Shown here: one piece after another, positions 29,296 through 43,200 of the stretch
How the letters are laid out: each line of letters starts with the position of its first letter
How positions within the stretch are numbered: position 1 is the first letter of the stretch
NCBI RefSeq assembly: GCF_039654945.1
Contig: NW_027361869.1
Span: 7,378,001 to 7,442,000 of the forward strand
Origin: Dendrobates tinctorius
Taxonomy: Eukaryota
Length of the DNA stretch: 64,000 nt
Direction: 5' to 3'
Translations under genes and position numbers: made by a program
The notes under the pieces: generated by a model
Databases searched by the model: none
Seen by the model: the letters and a program-made list of their open reading frames with translations, nothing else
What the model was told of the DNA's origin: nothing

Positions 29296-30554
29296 GTTGG
29301 CACTGATCATACAGCTCTGCAGGGAGTAGGTGGTGGCACTGATCATACAGCTCTGCGGGGACAAAGTGGTGGCACTTATGTTACAGCTTTGCGGGGACAA
29401 GGTGGTGGCACTGATCATACAGCTCTGCAGGGAGGAGTTGGTGGCACTGAACATACAGCTCAGCGTGGACAAAGTGGTGGCACTGATCTTAAAGCTCTAC
29501 AAGGATGAGGTGGTGGTACTAATCATACAGCTCTGCAGGGAGGAGGTGGTGGCACTGATCATACAGCTCTGCGGGGACAAGATGGAGGCACTGATGATAA
29601 GGCTCTGCAGGGATGATGTGGTGGCACTGATCGTACAGGTCTGCAGGGATGAGGTGGTAGCACTCATCATACAGCTTTGCGTGGACAAGGTGGTGGCACT
29701 GATCATATAGCTCTGAGGGGATGACGTGGTGGCACTGATCAAATAGCTCTGCAGGGATTAGGTGGTGGCACTGATCATACAGCTCTGCAAGGAGTAGGCG
29801 GTGGCACTGATTCAACAGCTGTGCGAGGAGTAGGTAGTGGTACTGATCATACAGCTCTGTGCTGACCAACTGGTGGCACTGTTCATGCGGTGACAAGGTG
29901 GTAGCACTGATTATACAGTTCTGCGGCGACAAGGTGGGGGCACTGATCATACATGTCTGCAGGGAAAAGGTGGTGGCACTGAACATACAGATCAGCGCGG
30001 ACAAGGTGGTGGCACTGATCAGACAGCTCTACAGGGAGGAGGTTGTGGCACTAAACTGGTTTGCAGGGATGAGGTAGTGGCACTGATTATACAGCTCTGC
30101 AGTGAGAGGTGGTGGCACTGAAGATACAGCTGTGCAGGGATGAGGTGGTTGCACTGATCATACAGCTCTGCAGGGAGTAGGCGGTGGCACTGATCATACA
30201 GCTCTGCGGGGACTTGGTGGTGGTACTGATCATACAGCTCTGTGCTGACCAACTGGTGGCACTGATCATACAACTTTGTGGTGACAAGGTGGTGGCACTG
30301 ATTATACAGTTCTGCGGCTACAAGGTGGTGGCACTGATCATACAGGTCTGCAGGGATGAGTTGGTGGCACTGATCATGTAGCCCTGAGGGGATGACGTGG
30401 TGGCACTGATCAAATAGCTCTGCAGGGATTAGGTGGTGGCACTGATCTTACAGCTTTGCGGGGACAATGTGGTTGCACTGATTATATATCTCTTTAGGGA
30501 TAAGTTGGAGGCACTGATCATGCGGTTCTGCAGGGATGAGGTTGTGGCACTGAT
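29296..30554. repeat. 36-bp satellite, block 2
   Basis: Same monomer, resumes in register after the LTR. Confidence 0.95.
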
Positions 30555-30558
30555 AATG

Positions 30559-30592
<34 letters not shown>

Positions 30593-33500
30593 AAAATTTT
30601 ATTTTTATAGCGCCGACATATTCCGCAGCACTTTACATTTCAAAGGGGATTTGTACAGACAATAGACATTACAGCATAACAGTAATCACATACAGTAGAT
30701 TATAACAAATACCAAGAGGAAAGAGGGCCCTGCTCGCAAGTTTACAGTCTATGAGGAAAGAGGTAGACACGAAAGGTGGGTGGTAACAGTTGCCCTGATT
30801 GTAGGAACCAGCCATACTGTTAGGTATGTGACAGTACGGACACAGAGGGCTAATGGATGCATAAAACATGTGAGAACATGATGCGGGAAAACTGCTTATG
30901 GTAAAACTTTTGGCTGTGCCACACGGGGATAGATTAGGTTAATGTGTTGAGGCGATAGACCAGTCTGAATAAATGCGTTTTCAGGGCACGCTTAAAATTG
31001 TGGGGATTGGGGACTAATCGTATTGACCTGGGAAGTGCATTCCAAAGAATTGGCGCTGCACGTGTAAAGTCATGGAGACGGGAGTGGGAGGTTCTGACTA
31101 TTGAGGATGCTAACCTCAGGTCATCAGCAGAACGGAGGGCGCGGGTAGGGTGGTATACTGAAACAAGGGAGGAGATGTAGGGTGGTGCTGAGCCATGGAA
31201 GGCTTTGTGGGTGAGGGTAATAAGTTTATACTGAATTCTGGAGTGGATGGGTAGACAGTGTAATGACTGGCACAAGGTAGAGGCATCGGTGTAACGATTG
31301 GTGAGGAATATAATCCTGGCTGCAGCATTCAAGACAGATTGGAGGGGGGAGAGTTTGGTAAGAGGGAGACTGATTAGAAGAGAGTTACAATAGTCGAGAG
31401 GAGAATGAATAAGGGAAACAGTAAGAGCTTTTGCAGAGTCAAAAGTAAGAAAAGGTCGAATTCTAGAAATGTTTTTGAGGTGCAGATGACAAGAGCGAGC
31501 CAGTGATCGAATGTAGGGGGCAAAGGAAAGCTCGGAATCAAGTATGACCCCAAGACAGCGGGCCTTTTACTGGGGAGTAATAGTGGAACCACACACAGAA
31601 ATAGCAATGTTGGGTATAGGTACATTAGTAGAGGGAGGAAACATCAGGAGTTCAGTCTTTGACAGGTTCAGTTTCAGATATAGTGAGGACATGATATTAG
31701 ACACAGTGTTTAGACAATCGCCGGTGTTTTCTAGAAAGGCTGGCGTGATGTCAGGAGAAGAAGCGTATAATTGGGTGTCATCAGCATAGAGATGGTACTG
31801 GAAACCAAATCTACTGATTGTTTGACCAATAGGGGCAGTGTACAAGGAGAAGAGGAGAGGGCCTAGAACCGATCCTTGGGGGACCCCAACAGTAAGGGGA
31901 AGGTGAGAGGAGGAGGAACCGGCAAAAGATACAGTAAAGGAGCAGTCAGAGAGATAGGAGGAGAACCAGGAGAGAACGGTGTCCTTGAGGCCAATGGAAC
32001 GGAGCATAGTGAGGAGGAGCTGATGATCCACAGTGTCGAATGCTGCAGAGAGATCCAAGAGAATTAGCATGGAGTAATGACCATTTGATTTAGCTGTTAG
32101 CAGATCATTATAGACTTTAGTGAGGGCAGTTTCAGTGGAGTGTACAGAACGGAAATCGGATTGGAGAGGGTCGAGAACAGAGTTTTCTGAGAGATAGCGG
32201 ATAAGACGGGAGTGGATCAGGCGTTCCAGGAGTTTAGAGATGAAGGGAAGATTAGAGACAGGTCTATAGTTAGCGGCACAGTTTTGGTCGAGGGATGGTG
32301 TTTTAAGTAGTGGATGTTTGATGGCAAACTTAAATGTGGAGGGAAAAATACCTGAAGAGAGAGAGGTTAACTAGTTTAGTTAGGTGAGGGGTGACAGCAG
32401 GGGAAAGGGACTGGAGGAGATGTGACGGAAATGGGTCACTGGTGCAAGTAGTTGGGCGAGAAGATGCAAGGAGCCTGCTTACTTCTTCTTCTGTGACTGG
32501 TTCAAAATCAGAGAGTGAGCTAGATGCAGTGGGGGAGGGAGGACAGTGCATGGTATGAGGTGATTGGGAGATAATTTCCTGTCGGATCTGGTCAATTTTT
32601 TCTTTGAAGTAATTGGCCAGATAGTCAGCTCGGAGCTCCGTGGTTGGGGCCTGTACTCTTGGGTTGAGAAGAGAATGAAAAGTGTCAAAGAGACGTTTCG
32701 AGTTATTGGACAGTGAGGTGATGAGGGTGTTGAAATAGGTTTGTTTGGAGAGGTGAAGGGCAGTGTTGTATGTTCAAAGCATAAACTTATAATGGATGAA
32801 ATCTTCGTGTAGATTGGATTTTCTCCACAGACGTTCGGCGCACCTGGAGCACCGCTGCAGGAAACGTGTTTGGGAAACGTGTTTGCACCGTGTGCCAGGG
32901 TTGTCGCCGTCTGTGTTGTGGTGTTCTAGTTATAAGGGGTGCAAATTCATCCAGGGCACTTTGAAGTGTTTCATTGTAATGCTTCAATGCAGAATCAGGG
33001 CATGAGAGGGAGGAGATAGGGGCCAATGAAGACTGCAAGTTCTTCGTAAGTTTCTGGGTGTTAATGGCCTGTATGTTTCTATAAGTCTGGACAGTGGGGG
33101 TGACCTGAGCAGCCTGGCAGTTCTTGATAGAGAATGAAAGAAGATTGTGGTCAGAGAGCGGGAGAGGGGAGTTTGCAAAATCATCCACTGCACAAAGCCG
33201 AGAGAAGACCAAGTCGAGGGAGTTTCCAACTTCATGCGTTGGAGAATTAGTAAGCTGCGAAAGGCCAAATGAGGAGGTTAGAGATAAAAGGTGAGCAGCA
33301 GATGGTGAGAGGGGAAGAGCAATGGGAATGTTGAAATCTCCCATGATGAGGGTAGGGATGTCACAGGAGAGAAAATGTGGAAGCCAAGTGGCAAAATGAT
33401 CCAGGAACTGATGGGAGGGGCCGGGAGGACGATACACCACCGCCACTCGCATGGAGAAGGGGGTGTAGAGTCTGACGGCATGGACCTCAAAAGAAGGGAA

Positions 33501-34271
33501 GACAAGTGAGGGTACTTGAGGGATAACCTGAAAGGTACATTTTGGTGATAGGAGCAGACCAACGCCTCCACCTGCTCTACTGTCTGATCTTGGGGTATGA
33601 GAGAAGTGTAGCCCCCCGTATGAAAGAGCAGCAGCAGCGGTAGTGTCTGACTGCTGGATCCAGGTTTCAGTAAGAGCCAGAAGGTTAAGAGAATTAGAAA
33701 GGAAGAAGTCATGGATGAAGGAGAGTTTGTTACAAACTAAGCGAGAATTCCAAAGTGCACAATTAAGAGAGACAGATGGCATGCAGGGAATATTAATAAG
33801 ATTAGAGGGGTTTCTAAGTGTAGCAGTTGGGGGGTTTGACTTTCTATAACATGGGGGACCAAGGTTGGGAGCAATGTCTCCTGCGACTAGGAGAAGGAGG
33901 ATAGAAAGAGTGAGCAGATTGTTAAGTGATTTGTGAGAGCGTCTCTGATGTTGAATGGTGGGACTGACTGGATCTGTGCAATTTAACAATGTGAAAAGAG
34001 CGTGAGTGCTATACATAGGAGAGGAAAGGAGCGAGGGGCCGATATGGATGGAGTGTAGAGAGTTAATGCAAGGGCGGTGGATGTGTGTGAATGCAGCGGC
34101 CAGGATATAAATTATACAAATGCTTATGGTATATATTTGATGTGCTCCAAATGTACAGGGAGTAGATGTATATAAATGTCTTACCTGTCTCCTGCCCTGT
34201 CTAACTGCCATGCTATAACTGACAGTAGTACTTTGATTCATGTACTTCGATTACATGTGCATAAATGCCAC
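30555..34271 (-). mobile_element. L2-clade LINE, 5'-truncated, with decayed ORF2 (APE endonuclease + RT) and (ATT)n tail
   Basis: APE motifs WNSR, LALTETW, MGDFN, LSDH (ORF 32787-34241). RT motifs [25 protein letters not shown] (ORF 31567-32070). 3' end TGTAAAGTGCTGCGGAATATGTCGGCGCTATAAAAATAAA plus (ATT)n at about 30555-30640. Possible TSD CACTGAT (30548-30554, 34272-34278). Confidence 0.93.
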
Positions 34272-37200
34272 CACTGATCATACAACTCTGCGGGGACAGG
34301 GTGGTGGTACTGATAATACAGCTCTGCAGGGAGGAGGTGGTGGTGCTGAACATACAGCTCTGCAGGGAAAAGGTGGTGGCACTGAACATACAGCTCAGCG
34401 TGGACAAGGTGGTGGTACTAATCAGACAGCTCTACAGGGAGGAGGTGGTGGCACTGAACATACTTGTTTGCAGTGATGAGGTAGTGGCACTGATCATACA
34501 GCTCTGCAGGGATGAGGTGGTGGCACTGAAGATACAGCTCTGCAGTGATGAGGTGGTTGCACTGATCATACAGCTCTGTGGGGAGGAGGCGGTGGCACTG
34601 ATCATAAGGCTCTGCAGGGACAAGGTTGTGTCACTGATCTTACAGCTCTGTAGGGATGAGGTGGTGGCACTGATCATACAGTTCTGCGGGGAGGAAGTGG
34701 TGGCACTGATCATACAGCTCTTCAGGGAGGAGGTGGTGGCACTGATCATACAGCTCTTCAGGAATGAGGTAGTGGCACAGATCATACAGCTCTGCAGAGA
34801 GGAGGTGGTGGCACTGATTATACAGCTTTGCAGGGATGAGGTAGTGGCACAGATCCTACAGACCTGCAGGGACAAGGTGGTGGCACTGATCATACAGCTC
34901 TGCAGTGACAAGGTGGTGACACTGATCATACACCTCTGCGGCGATAAGGTGGTGGTACTGATCATACAGCTCTGCAAGGACCAGGTGGTGGCACTGATCA
35001 TACAGCTTTGCGGGGACAATGTGTTTGCACTGATTATACATCTCTTAAGGTATAAGTTGGAGGCACTGATCATGCGGTTCTTCAGGGATGAGGTTGTGGC
35101 ACTGATCATACAGCTCTGCAGGGATGAGGTAGTGGCACAGATCATACAGCTCTTCAGGAATGAGGTAGTGGCACAGATCATACAGCTCTGCAGAGAGGAG
35201 GTGGTGGCACTGATTAAACAGCTTTGCAGGGATGAGGTAGTGGCACAGATCCTACAGACCTGCAGGGACAAGGTGGTGGCACTGATCATACAGCTCTGCA
35301 GGGACAAGGTGGTGACACTGATCATACACCTCTGCGGCGATAAGGTGGTGGTACTGATCATACAGCTCTGCAAGGACCAGGTGGTGGCACTAATCAAACA
35401 GCTCTGCAGAGACGAGGTGGTGGCACTGATTATACAGCTCTGCAGGGAGGAGATGGTGGCACTGATCATACAGCTCTGCAGGAAGTAGGAGGTGGCACTG
35501 ATTATACAGCTCTGTGTGGATAAGATGGTGGCACTGATCATACAGCTCTGCAGGGAGGAGTTGGTGGCACAGATCACACAGCTCTGCAGGGACGAGGAGG
35601 TGGCACTGATCATGCAGCTCTATAGGTAAGAGGTGATGTCACTGATCATACTGCTCTGCAGGGAAGAGGTGGTGACACTGATCAAACAGCTCTGCAAGGA
35701 CGAGGTGTTGGCACTGATCATACAGCTTTTCGGGGACAAAGTGGTTGCACTGATTATACATCTCTTAAGGTATAAGTTGGAGGCACTGATCATGCGGTTC
35801 TTCAGGGATGAGGTTGTGGCACTGATCATACAGCTCTTTAGGGATGAGGTAGTGGCACAGATCATACAGCTCTGCAGAGAGGAGGTGGTGGCACTGATTA
35901 TACAGCTTTGCAGGTAGGAGATGGTGGCACTGATCATAAAGCTCTGCAGGGAGTAGGTGGTGGCACTGATCATACATCTCTGCGGGGAGAATTTGATTGC
36001 ACTGATCATACAGCTCTGCGGGGAGAATTTGATTGCACTGATCGTACAGCTCTGCTCGGACAAAGTGGTGGCACTTATGATACAGCTTTGTGGGGACAAG
36101 GTGGTGGCACTGATCATACAGCTCTGCAGTGGCTAGGTTGTGGCACTGATCATGCAGTTCTGCAGGGATGAGGTAGTGGCACAGATCATATAGCTCTGTA
36201 GGGATGAGGTAGTGGCACAGATCATACAGCTTTGCAGGGAGGAGATCGTGGTACTGATCATAAAACTTTGCAGGGAGTAGGTGGTGGCACTGATCATACA
36301 GCTCTGCGGGGACAATTTGATGGCACTGATCATACAGCTCTGCTCGGACAAAGTGGTGGCACTTATGATACAGCTTTGTGGGGACAAGGTGGTGGCACTG
36401 ATCATACAGCTCTGCAGTGACTAGGTTGTGGCACTGATCATGCAGTTCTGCAGGGATGAGGTGGTGGCACTGATCATACAGCTCTGCAGGGAAAATTTGG
36501 TGACACTGATCATACACCTTTGCGTCGACAAGGTGGTCGTACTGATCATACAGCTGTGCAAGGACCAGGTGGTGGCACTGATCATAAAGCTCTGCAGAGA
36601 GGAGGTGGTGGCACTGATTATACAGCTTTGCAGAGAGGAGATGGTGGCACTGATCTGTGGGGACAATTTGATGGCACTGATCAAACAGCTCTGCTCAGAC
36701 AAAGTGGTGGCACTTATGATACAGCTTTGCGGGGACAAGGTGGTGGCACTGAACATATAGCTCAGCGTGGACAAGGTGGTGGCTCTGATCTTAAAGCTCC
36801 ACAAGGATGAGGTGTAGGTACTAATCATACTGCTCTGCAGGGAGGAGGTGGTGGCACTGATCATACAGCTCTGCGGGGACAAGATGGTGGCACTGAACAT
36901 GAAGATCTGCAGGGATGATGTGGTGGCACTGATGATACAGTTCTGCAGAGATGAGGTGGTAGCACTCCTCATACAGCTTTGCAGGGACGAGTTGGTGGCA
37001 CTGATCATACAGCTTTTCATGGACAAGGTGGTGGCACTGATCAAACAGCTCTGCAAGGACGAGGTGTTGGCACTGATCATACAGCTTTGCGGGGACAATG
37101 TGGTTGCACTGTTTCTACATCTCTTTAGGTATAAGTTGGATGCACTGATCAGGGATGATGTTGTGGCACTTATCATACAGCTCTGCAGGGATGAGGTAGT

Positions 37201-40200
37201 GGCACAGATCATACAGCTCTGCAGAGAGGAGGTGGTGGCACTGATTACACAACTTTGCAGGGAGGAGATGGTGGCACTGATCATACAGCTCTGCTCGGAC
37301 AAAGTGGTGGCACTTATGATACAGCTTTGTGGGGACAAGGTGGTGGCACTGATCATACAGCTCTGTAGTGACGAGGTTGTGGCACTGATCATGCAGTTCT
37401 GCAGGGATGAGGTAGTGGCAGCGATCATACAGCTCTGCAGGGATGATTCAGTAGCACAGATCATACAGCCCCGCAGGGATGAGGTGGTGGCACTGATCAT
37501 ACAGCTCTGCAGTGAAAAGTTGGTGACACTGATCATACACCTCTGCGGCGACAAGGTGTTGGTACTGATCATACAGCTCTGCAAGGACCAGGTGGTGGCA
37601 CTGATCATAAAGCTCTGCAGAGAGGAGGTGGTGGCACTGATTATTCAGCTTTGCAGGGAGCAGATGGTGGCACTGATCATACAGCTCTGTGGGGACAATT
37701 TGATGGCACTGATCATACAGCTATGCTCGGACAAAGTGGTGGCACTTATGATACAGCTTTGCGGGGACAAGGTGGTGGCACTGAACATATAGCTCAGCGT
37801 GGACAAGGTGGTGGCTCTGATCTTAAAGCTCTACAAGGATGAGGTGGAGGTACTAATCGTACAGCTCTGCAGGGAGGAGGTTGTGGCACTGAGCAAACAG
37901 CTCTGCATGGAAAGGTGGTGGCACTGAACATACAGCTCAGCGTGTACAAGGTGGTGGCACTGATCAGACAGCTCTACAGGGAGGAGGTTGTGGCACTGAA
38001 CATACTGGTTTGCAGGAATGAGGTAGTGGCACTGATCATACAGCTCTACAGGTATGAGGTGATGGCACTGAAGATACAGCTCTGCAGGGATGAGGTGGTT
38101 GAACTGATCTTGCAGCTCTGCAGGGAGTAGGTGGTGGCACTGATCATAAAGCTCTGCGGGGACAATTTTATGGCACTGATCATACAGCTCTGCTCGCACA
38201 AAGTGGTGGCACTTATCATACAGCTTTGTGGGGACAAGGTGGTGGCACTGATCATGCACTTCTGCAGGGATGAGGTAGCGGCACCGATCATACAGCTCTG
38301 CAGGTATGATTCAGTAGCACAGATCATACAGCCTGCAGGGATGAGGTGGTGGCGTGTCACTGATCATACAGCTCTGCAGGGAAAAGTTGGTGACACTGAT
38401 CATACACCTCTGCGGCGACAAGGTGGTGGTAATGATCATACAGCTCTGCAAGGACCAGGTGGTGGCACTGATTATACAGCTCTGCAGGGATTAGATGGTG
38501 GCACTGATCATACAGCTCTGCAGGCAGTAGGAGGTGGCACTGATTATACAGCTCTGTGTGGATAAGGTGGTGGCACTGATCATACAGCTCTGCAGGGAGT
38601 AGTTGGTGGCACTGATCATGCAGCTCTGCAGGTAAGAGGTGGTGTCACTGATCATACAGCTCTGCAGGGACAATGTGGTTGCACTGATTATACATCTCTT
38701 TAGGTATAAGTTGGAGGCACTGATCATGTGGTTCTGCAGGGATGAGGTTGTGGCACTGATCATACAGCTCTGCTCGGACAAAGTGGTGGCACTGATCATA
38801 CAACTTTGCGGTGACAAGGTGGTGGCACTGATTTACAGTTCTGTGGCGACACGGTGGTGGCACTGATCATACAGGTCTGCAGGGAGGAGGTTGTCGCACT
38901 GAACATACTGGTTTTCAGGGATGAGGTGGTGGCACAGATCATACAGCTCTGCAGAGAGGAGGTGGTGGCACTGATTATACAGCTTTGCAGGGAGGAGATG
39001 GTGGCACTGATCATACAGCTCTGCAGGGAGTAGGTGGTGGCACTGATCATACAGCTCTGCGGGGACAATTTGATGGCACTGATCATACAGCTCTGCTCGG
39101 ACAAAGTGGTGGCACTTATGATACAGCTTTGTGGGGACAAGATGGTGGCACTGATCATACAGCTCTGCAGTGACGAGGTTGTGGCACTGATCATGTAGTT
39201 CTGCTGGGATGAGGTGGTGGCACTGATCATACAGCTCTGCGGGGACAAGATGGTGGCACTGAACATGAAGATCTGCAGGGATGATGTGGTGGCACTGATG
39301 ATACAGTTCTGCAGAGATGAGGTGGTAGCACTCCTCATACAGCTTTGCAGGGACGAGTTGGTGGCACTGATCATACAGCTTTTCATGGACAAGGTGGTGG
39401 CACTGATCAAACAGCTCTGCAAGGACGAGGTGTTGGCACTGATCATACAGCTTTGCGGGGACAATGTGGTTGCACTGTTTCTACATCTCTTTAGGTATAA
39501 GTTGGATGCACTGATCAGGGATGATGTTGTGGCACTTATCATACAGCTCTGCAGGGATGAGGTAGTGGCACAGATCATACAGCTCTGCAGAGAGGAGGTG
39601 GTGGCACTGATTACACAACTTTGCAGGGAGGAGATGGTGGCACTGATCATACAGCTCTGCTCGGACAAAGTGGTGGCACTTATGATACAGCTTTGTGGGG
39701 ACAAGGTGGTGGCACTGATCATACAGCTCTGTAGTGACGAGGTTGTGGCACTGATCATGCAGTTCTGCAGGGATGAGGTAGTGGCAGCGATCATACAGCT
39801 CTGCAGGGATGATTCAGTAGCACAGATCATACAGCCCCGCAGGGATGAGGTGGTGGCACTGATCATACAGCTCTGCAGTGAAAAGTTGGTGACACTGATC
39901 ATACACCTCTGCGGCGACAAGGTGTTGGTACTGATCATACAGCTCTGCAAGGACCAGGTGGTGGCACTGATCATAAAGCTCTGCAGAGAGGAGGTGGTGG
40001 CACTGATTATTCAGCTTTGCAGGGAGCAGATGGTGGCACTGATCATACAGCTCTGTGGGGACAATTTGATGGCACTGATCATACAGCTATGCTCGGACAA
40101 AGTGGTGGCACTTATGATACAGCTTTGCGGGGACAAGGTGGTGGCACTGAACATATAGCTCAGCGTGGACAAGGTGGTGGCTCTGATCTTAAAGCTCTAC

Positions 40201-43200
40201 AAGGATGAGGTGGAGGTACTAATCGTACAGCTCTGCAGGGAGGAGGTTGTGGCACTGAGCAAACAGCTCTGCATGGAAAGGTGGTGGCACTGAACATACA
40301 GCTCAGCGTGTACAAGGTGGTGGCACTGATCAGACAGCTCTACAGGGAGGAGGTTGTGGCACTGAACATACTGGTTTGCAGGAATGAGGTAGTGGCACTG
40401 ATCATACAGCTCTACAGGTATGAGGTGATGGCACTGAAGATACAGCTCTGCAGGGATGAGGTGGTTGAACTGATCTTGCAGCTCTGCAGGGAGTAGGTGG
40501 TGGCACTGATCATAAAGCTCTGCGGGGACAATTTTATGGCACTGATCATACAGCTCTGCTCGCACAAAGTGGTGGCACTTATCATACAGCTTTGTGGGGA
40601 CAAGGTGGTGGCACTGATCATGCACTTCTGCAGGGATGAGGTAGCGGCACCGATCATACAGCTCTGCAGGGATGATTCAGTAGCACAGATCATACAGCCT
40701 GCAGGGATGAGGTGGTGGCGTGTCACTGATCATACAGCTCTGCAGGGAAAAGTTGGTGACACTGATCATACACCTCTGCGGCGACAAGGTGGTGGTACTG
40801 ATCATACAGCTCTGAAGGGAATAGGTGGTGGCACAGATCCTACAGACCTGCAGGGACAAGGTGGTGACACTGATCATACACCTCTGCGGCGACAAGGTGG
40901 TGGTAATGATCATACAGCTCTGCAAGGACCAGGTGGTGGCACTAATCATACAGCACTGCAGAGACGAGGTGGTGGCACTGATTATACAGCTCTGCAGGGA
41001 TTAGATGGTGGCACTGATCATACAGCTCTGCAGGCAGTAGGAGGTGGCACTGATTATACAGCTCTGTGTGGATAAGGTGGTGGCACTGATCATACAGCTC
41101 TGCAGGGAGTAGTTGGTGGCACTGATCATGCAGCTCTGCAGGTAAGAGGTGGTGTCACTGATCATACAGCTCTGCAGGGACAATGTGGTTGCACTGATTA
41201 TACATCTCTTTAGGTATAAGTTGGAGGCACTGATCATGTGGTTCTGCAGGGATGAGGTTGTGGCACTGATCATACAGCTCTGCTCGGACAAAGTGGTGGC
41301 ACTGATCATACAACTTTGCGGTGACAAGGTGGTGGCACTGATTTACAGTTCTGTGGCGACACGGTGGTGGCACTGATCATACAGGTCTGCAGGGAGGAGG
41401 TTGTCGCACTGAACATACTGGTTTTCAGGGATGAGGTGGTGGCACAGATCATACAGCTCTGCAGAGAGGAGGTGGTGGCACTGATTATACAGCTTTGCAG
41501 GGAGGAGATGGTGGCACTGATCATACAGCTCTGCAGGGAGTAGGTGGTGGCACTGATCATACAGCTCTGCGGGGACAATTTGATGGCACTGATCATACAG
41601 CTCTGCTCGGACAAAGTGGTGGCACTTATGATACAGCTTTGTGGGGACAAGATGGTGGCACTGATCATACAGCTCTGCAGTGACGAGGTTGTGGCACTGA
41701 TCATGCAGTTCTGCTGGGATGAGGTAGTGGCACAGATCATACAGCTCTGCAGGGATGTTTCAGTAGCACAGATCATACAGCCCTGCAGGGATGAGGTGGT
41801 GGCACTGATCATACACCTCTGCGGCGACAAGGTGGTGGTACTGATCATACAGCTCTGCAAGGACCAGGTGGTGGCACTGATCTTAAAGCTCTGCAGGGAT
41901 GAGGTGGTGGCACTGATCATACAGCTCTGCAGAGAGGAGGTGGTGGCACTGATTATACAGCTTTGCAGGGAGGATATGGTAGCATTGATCATTCAGCTCT
42001 GTGTGGATAAGATGGTGGCACTGATCATACAGCTCTGCAAGGACGAGGTGTTGGCACTGATCATACAGCTTTGCGGGGACAATGTGGTTGCACTGATTAT
42101 ACATCTCTTTAGGGATAAGTTGGAGCCACTGATCATGCAGCTCTGCAGGGATGAGGTTGTGGCACTGATCATACAGCTCTGCAGGGATGAGTTAGTGGCT
42201 CAGATCATACAGCTCTGCAGGGATGAGGTAGTGGCACAGATCACACAGCTCTGCAGGGACGAGGAGGTGGCACTGATCATACAGCTCTGTGGTGAGGAGG
42301 CGGTGGCACTGATCATAAGGCTCTGCAGGGACAAGGTTGTGTCACTGATCTTACAACTCTGCAGGGAGTAGGTGGTGGCATTGATCATTCAGCTCTGTGT
42401 GGATAAGATGGTGACACTAATCATGCAGCTCTGCAGGTATGAGGTGGTGTCACTGATTATACAGCTCTGCAGGGAAGAGGTGGTGACACTGATCATACAG
42501 CTCTGCAAAGACGAGGTGTTGGCACTGATCATACAGCTTTGTGGGGACAATGTAGTTGCACTGATTATACATCTCTTTAGGGATAAGTTGGAGCCACTGA
42601 TCATACAGCTCTGCAGGGACGAGGAGGTGGCACTGATCATACAGCTCTGTGGAGACAAGGTGGTGGCACTGATAATACACCTCTGCGGCGACAACGTGGT
42701 GGTACTGATCATACAGCTCTGCAGAGAGGAGGTGGTGACACTGATCATACAGCTCTGAAGGGAATAGGTGGTGGCACTGATGATACAGCTCTGTAGGGAT
42801 GAGGTGGTTGCACTGATCATACAGCTCTATGGGGAGGAGGCGGTGGCACTGATCATAAGGCTCTGTAGGGACAAGGTTGTGTCACTGATCTTACAGCTCT
42901 GCAGGGAGTAGGTGGTGGCATTGATCATTCAGCTCTGTAGGGAAGAGGTGGTGACACTGATCATAAAGCTCTGCAGGGATGAGGTAGTGGCACAGATCAC
43001 ACAGTGCTGCAAGGACCAGGTGGTGGCACTGATCACACAGCTCTGCAGGGACGAGGAGGTGGCACTGATCATACAGCTCTGCGGGGACAAGGTGGTGACA
43101 CTGATAATACACCTCTGAGGCGACAAGGTGGTGGTACTGATCATACAGCTCTGCAGAGAGGAGGTGGTGGCACTGATCATACAGCTCTGAAGGGAATATG

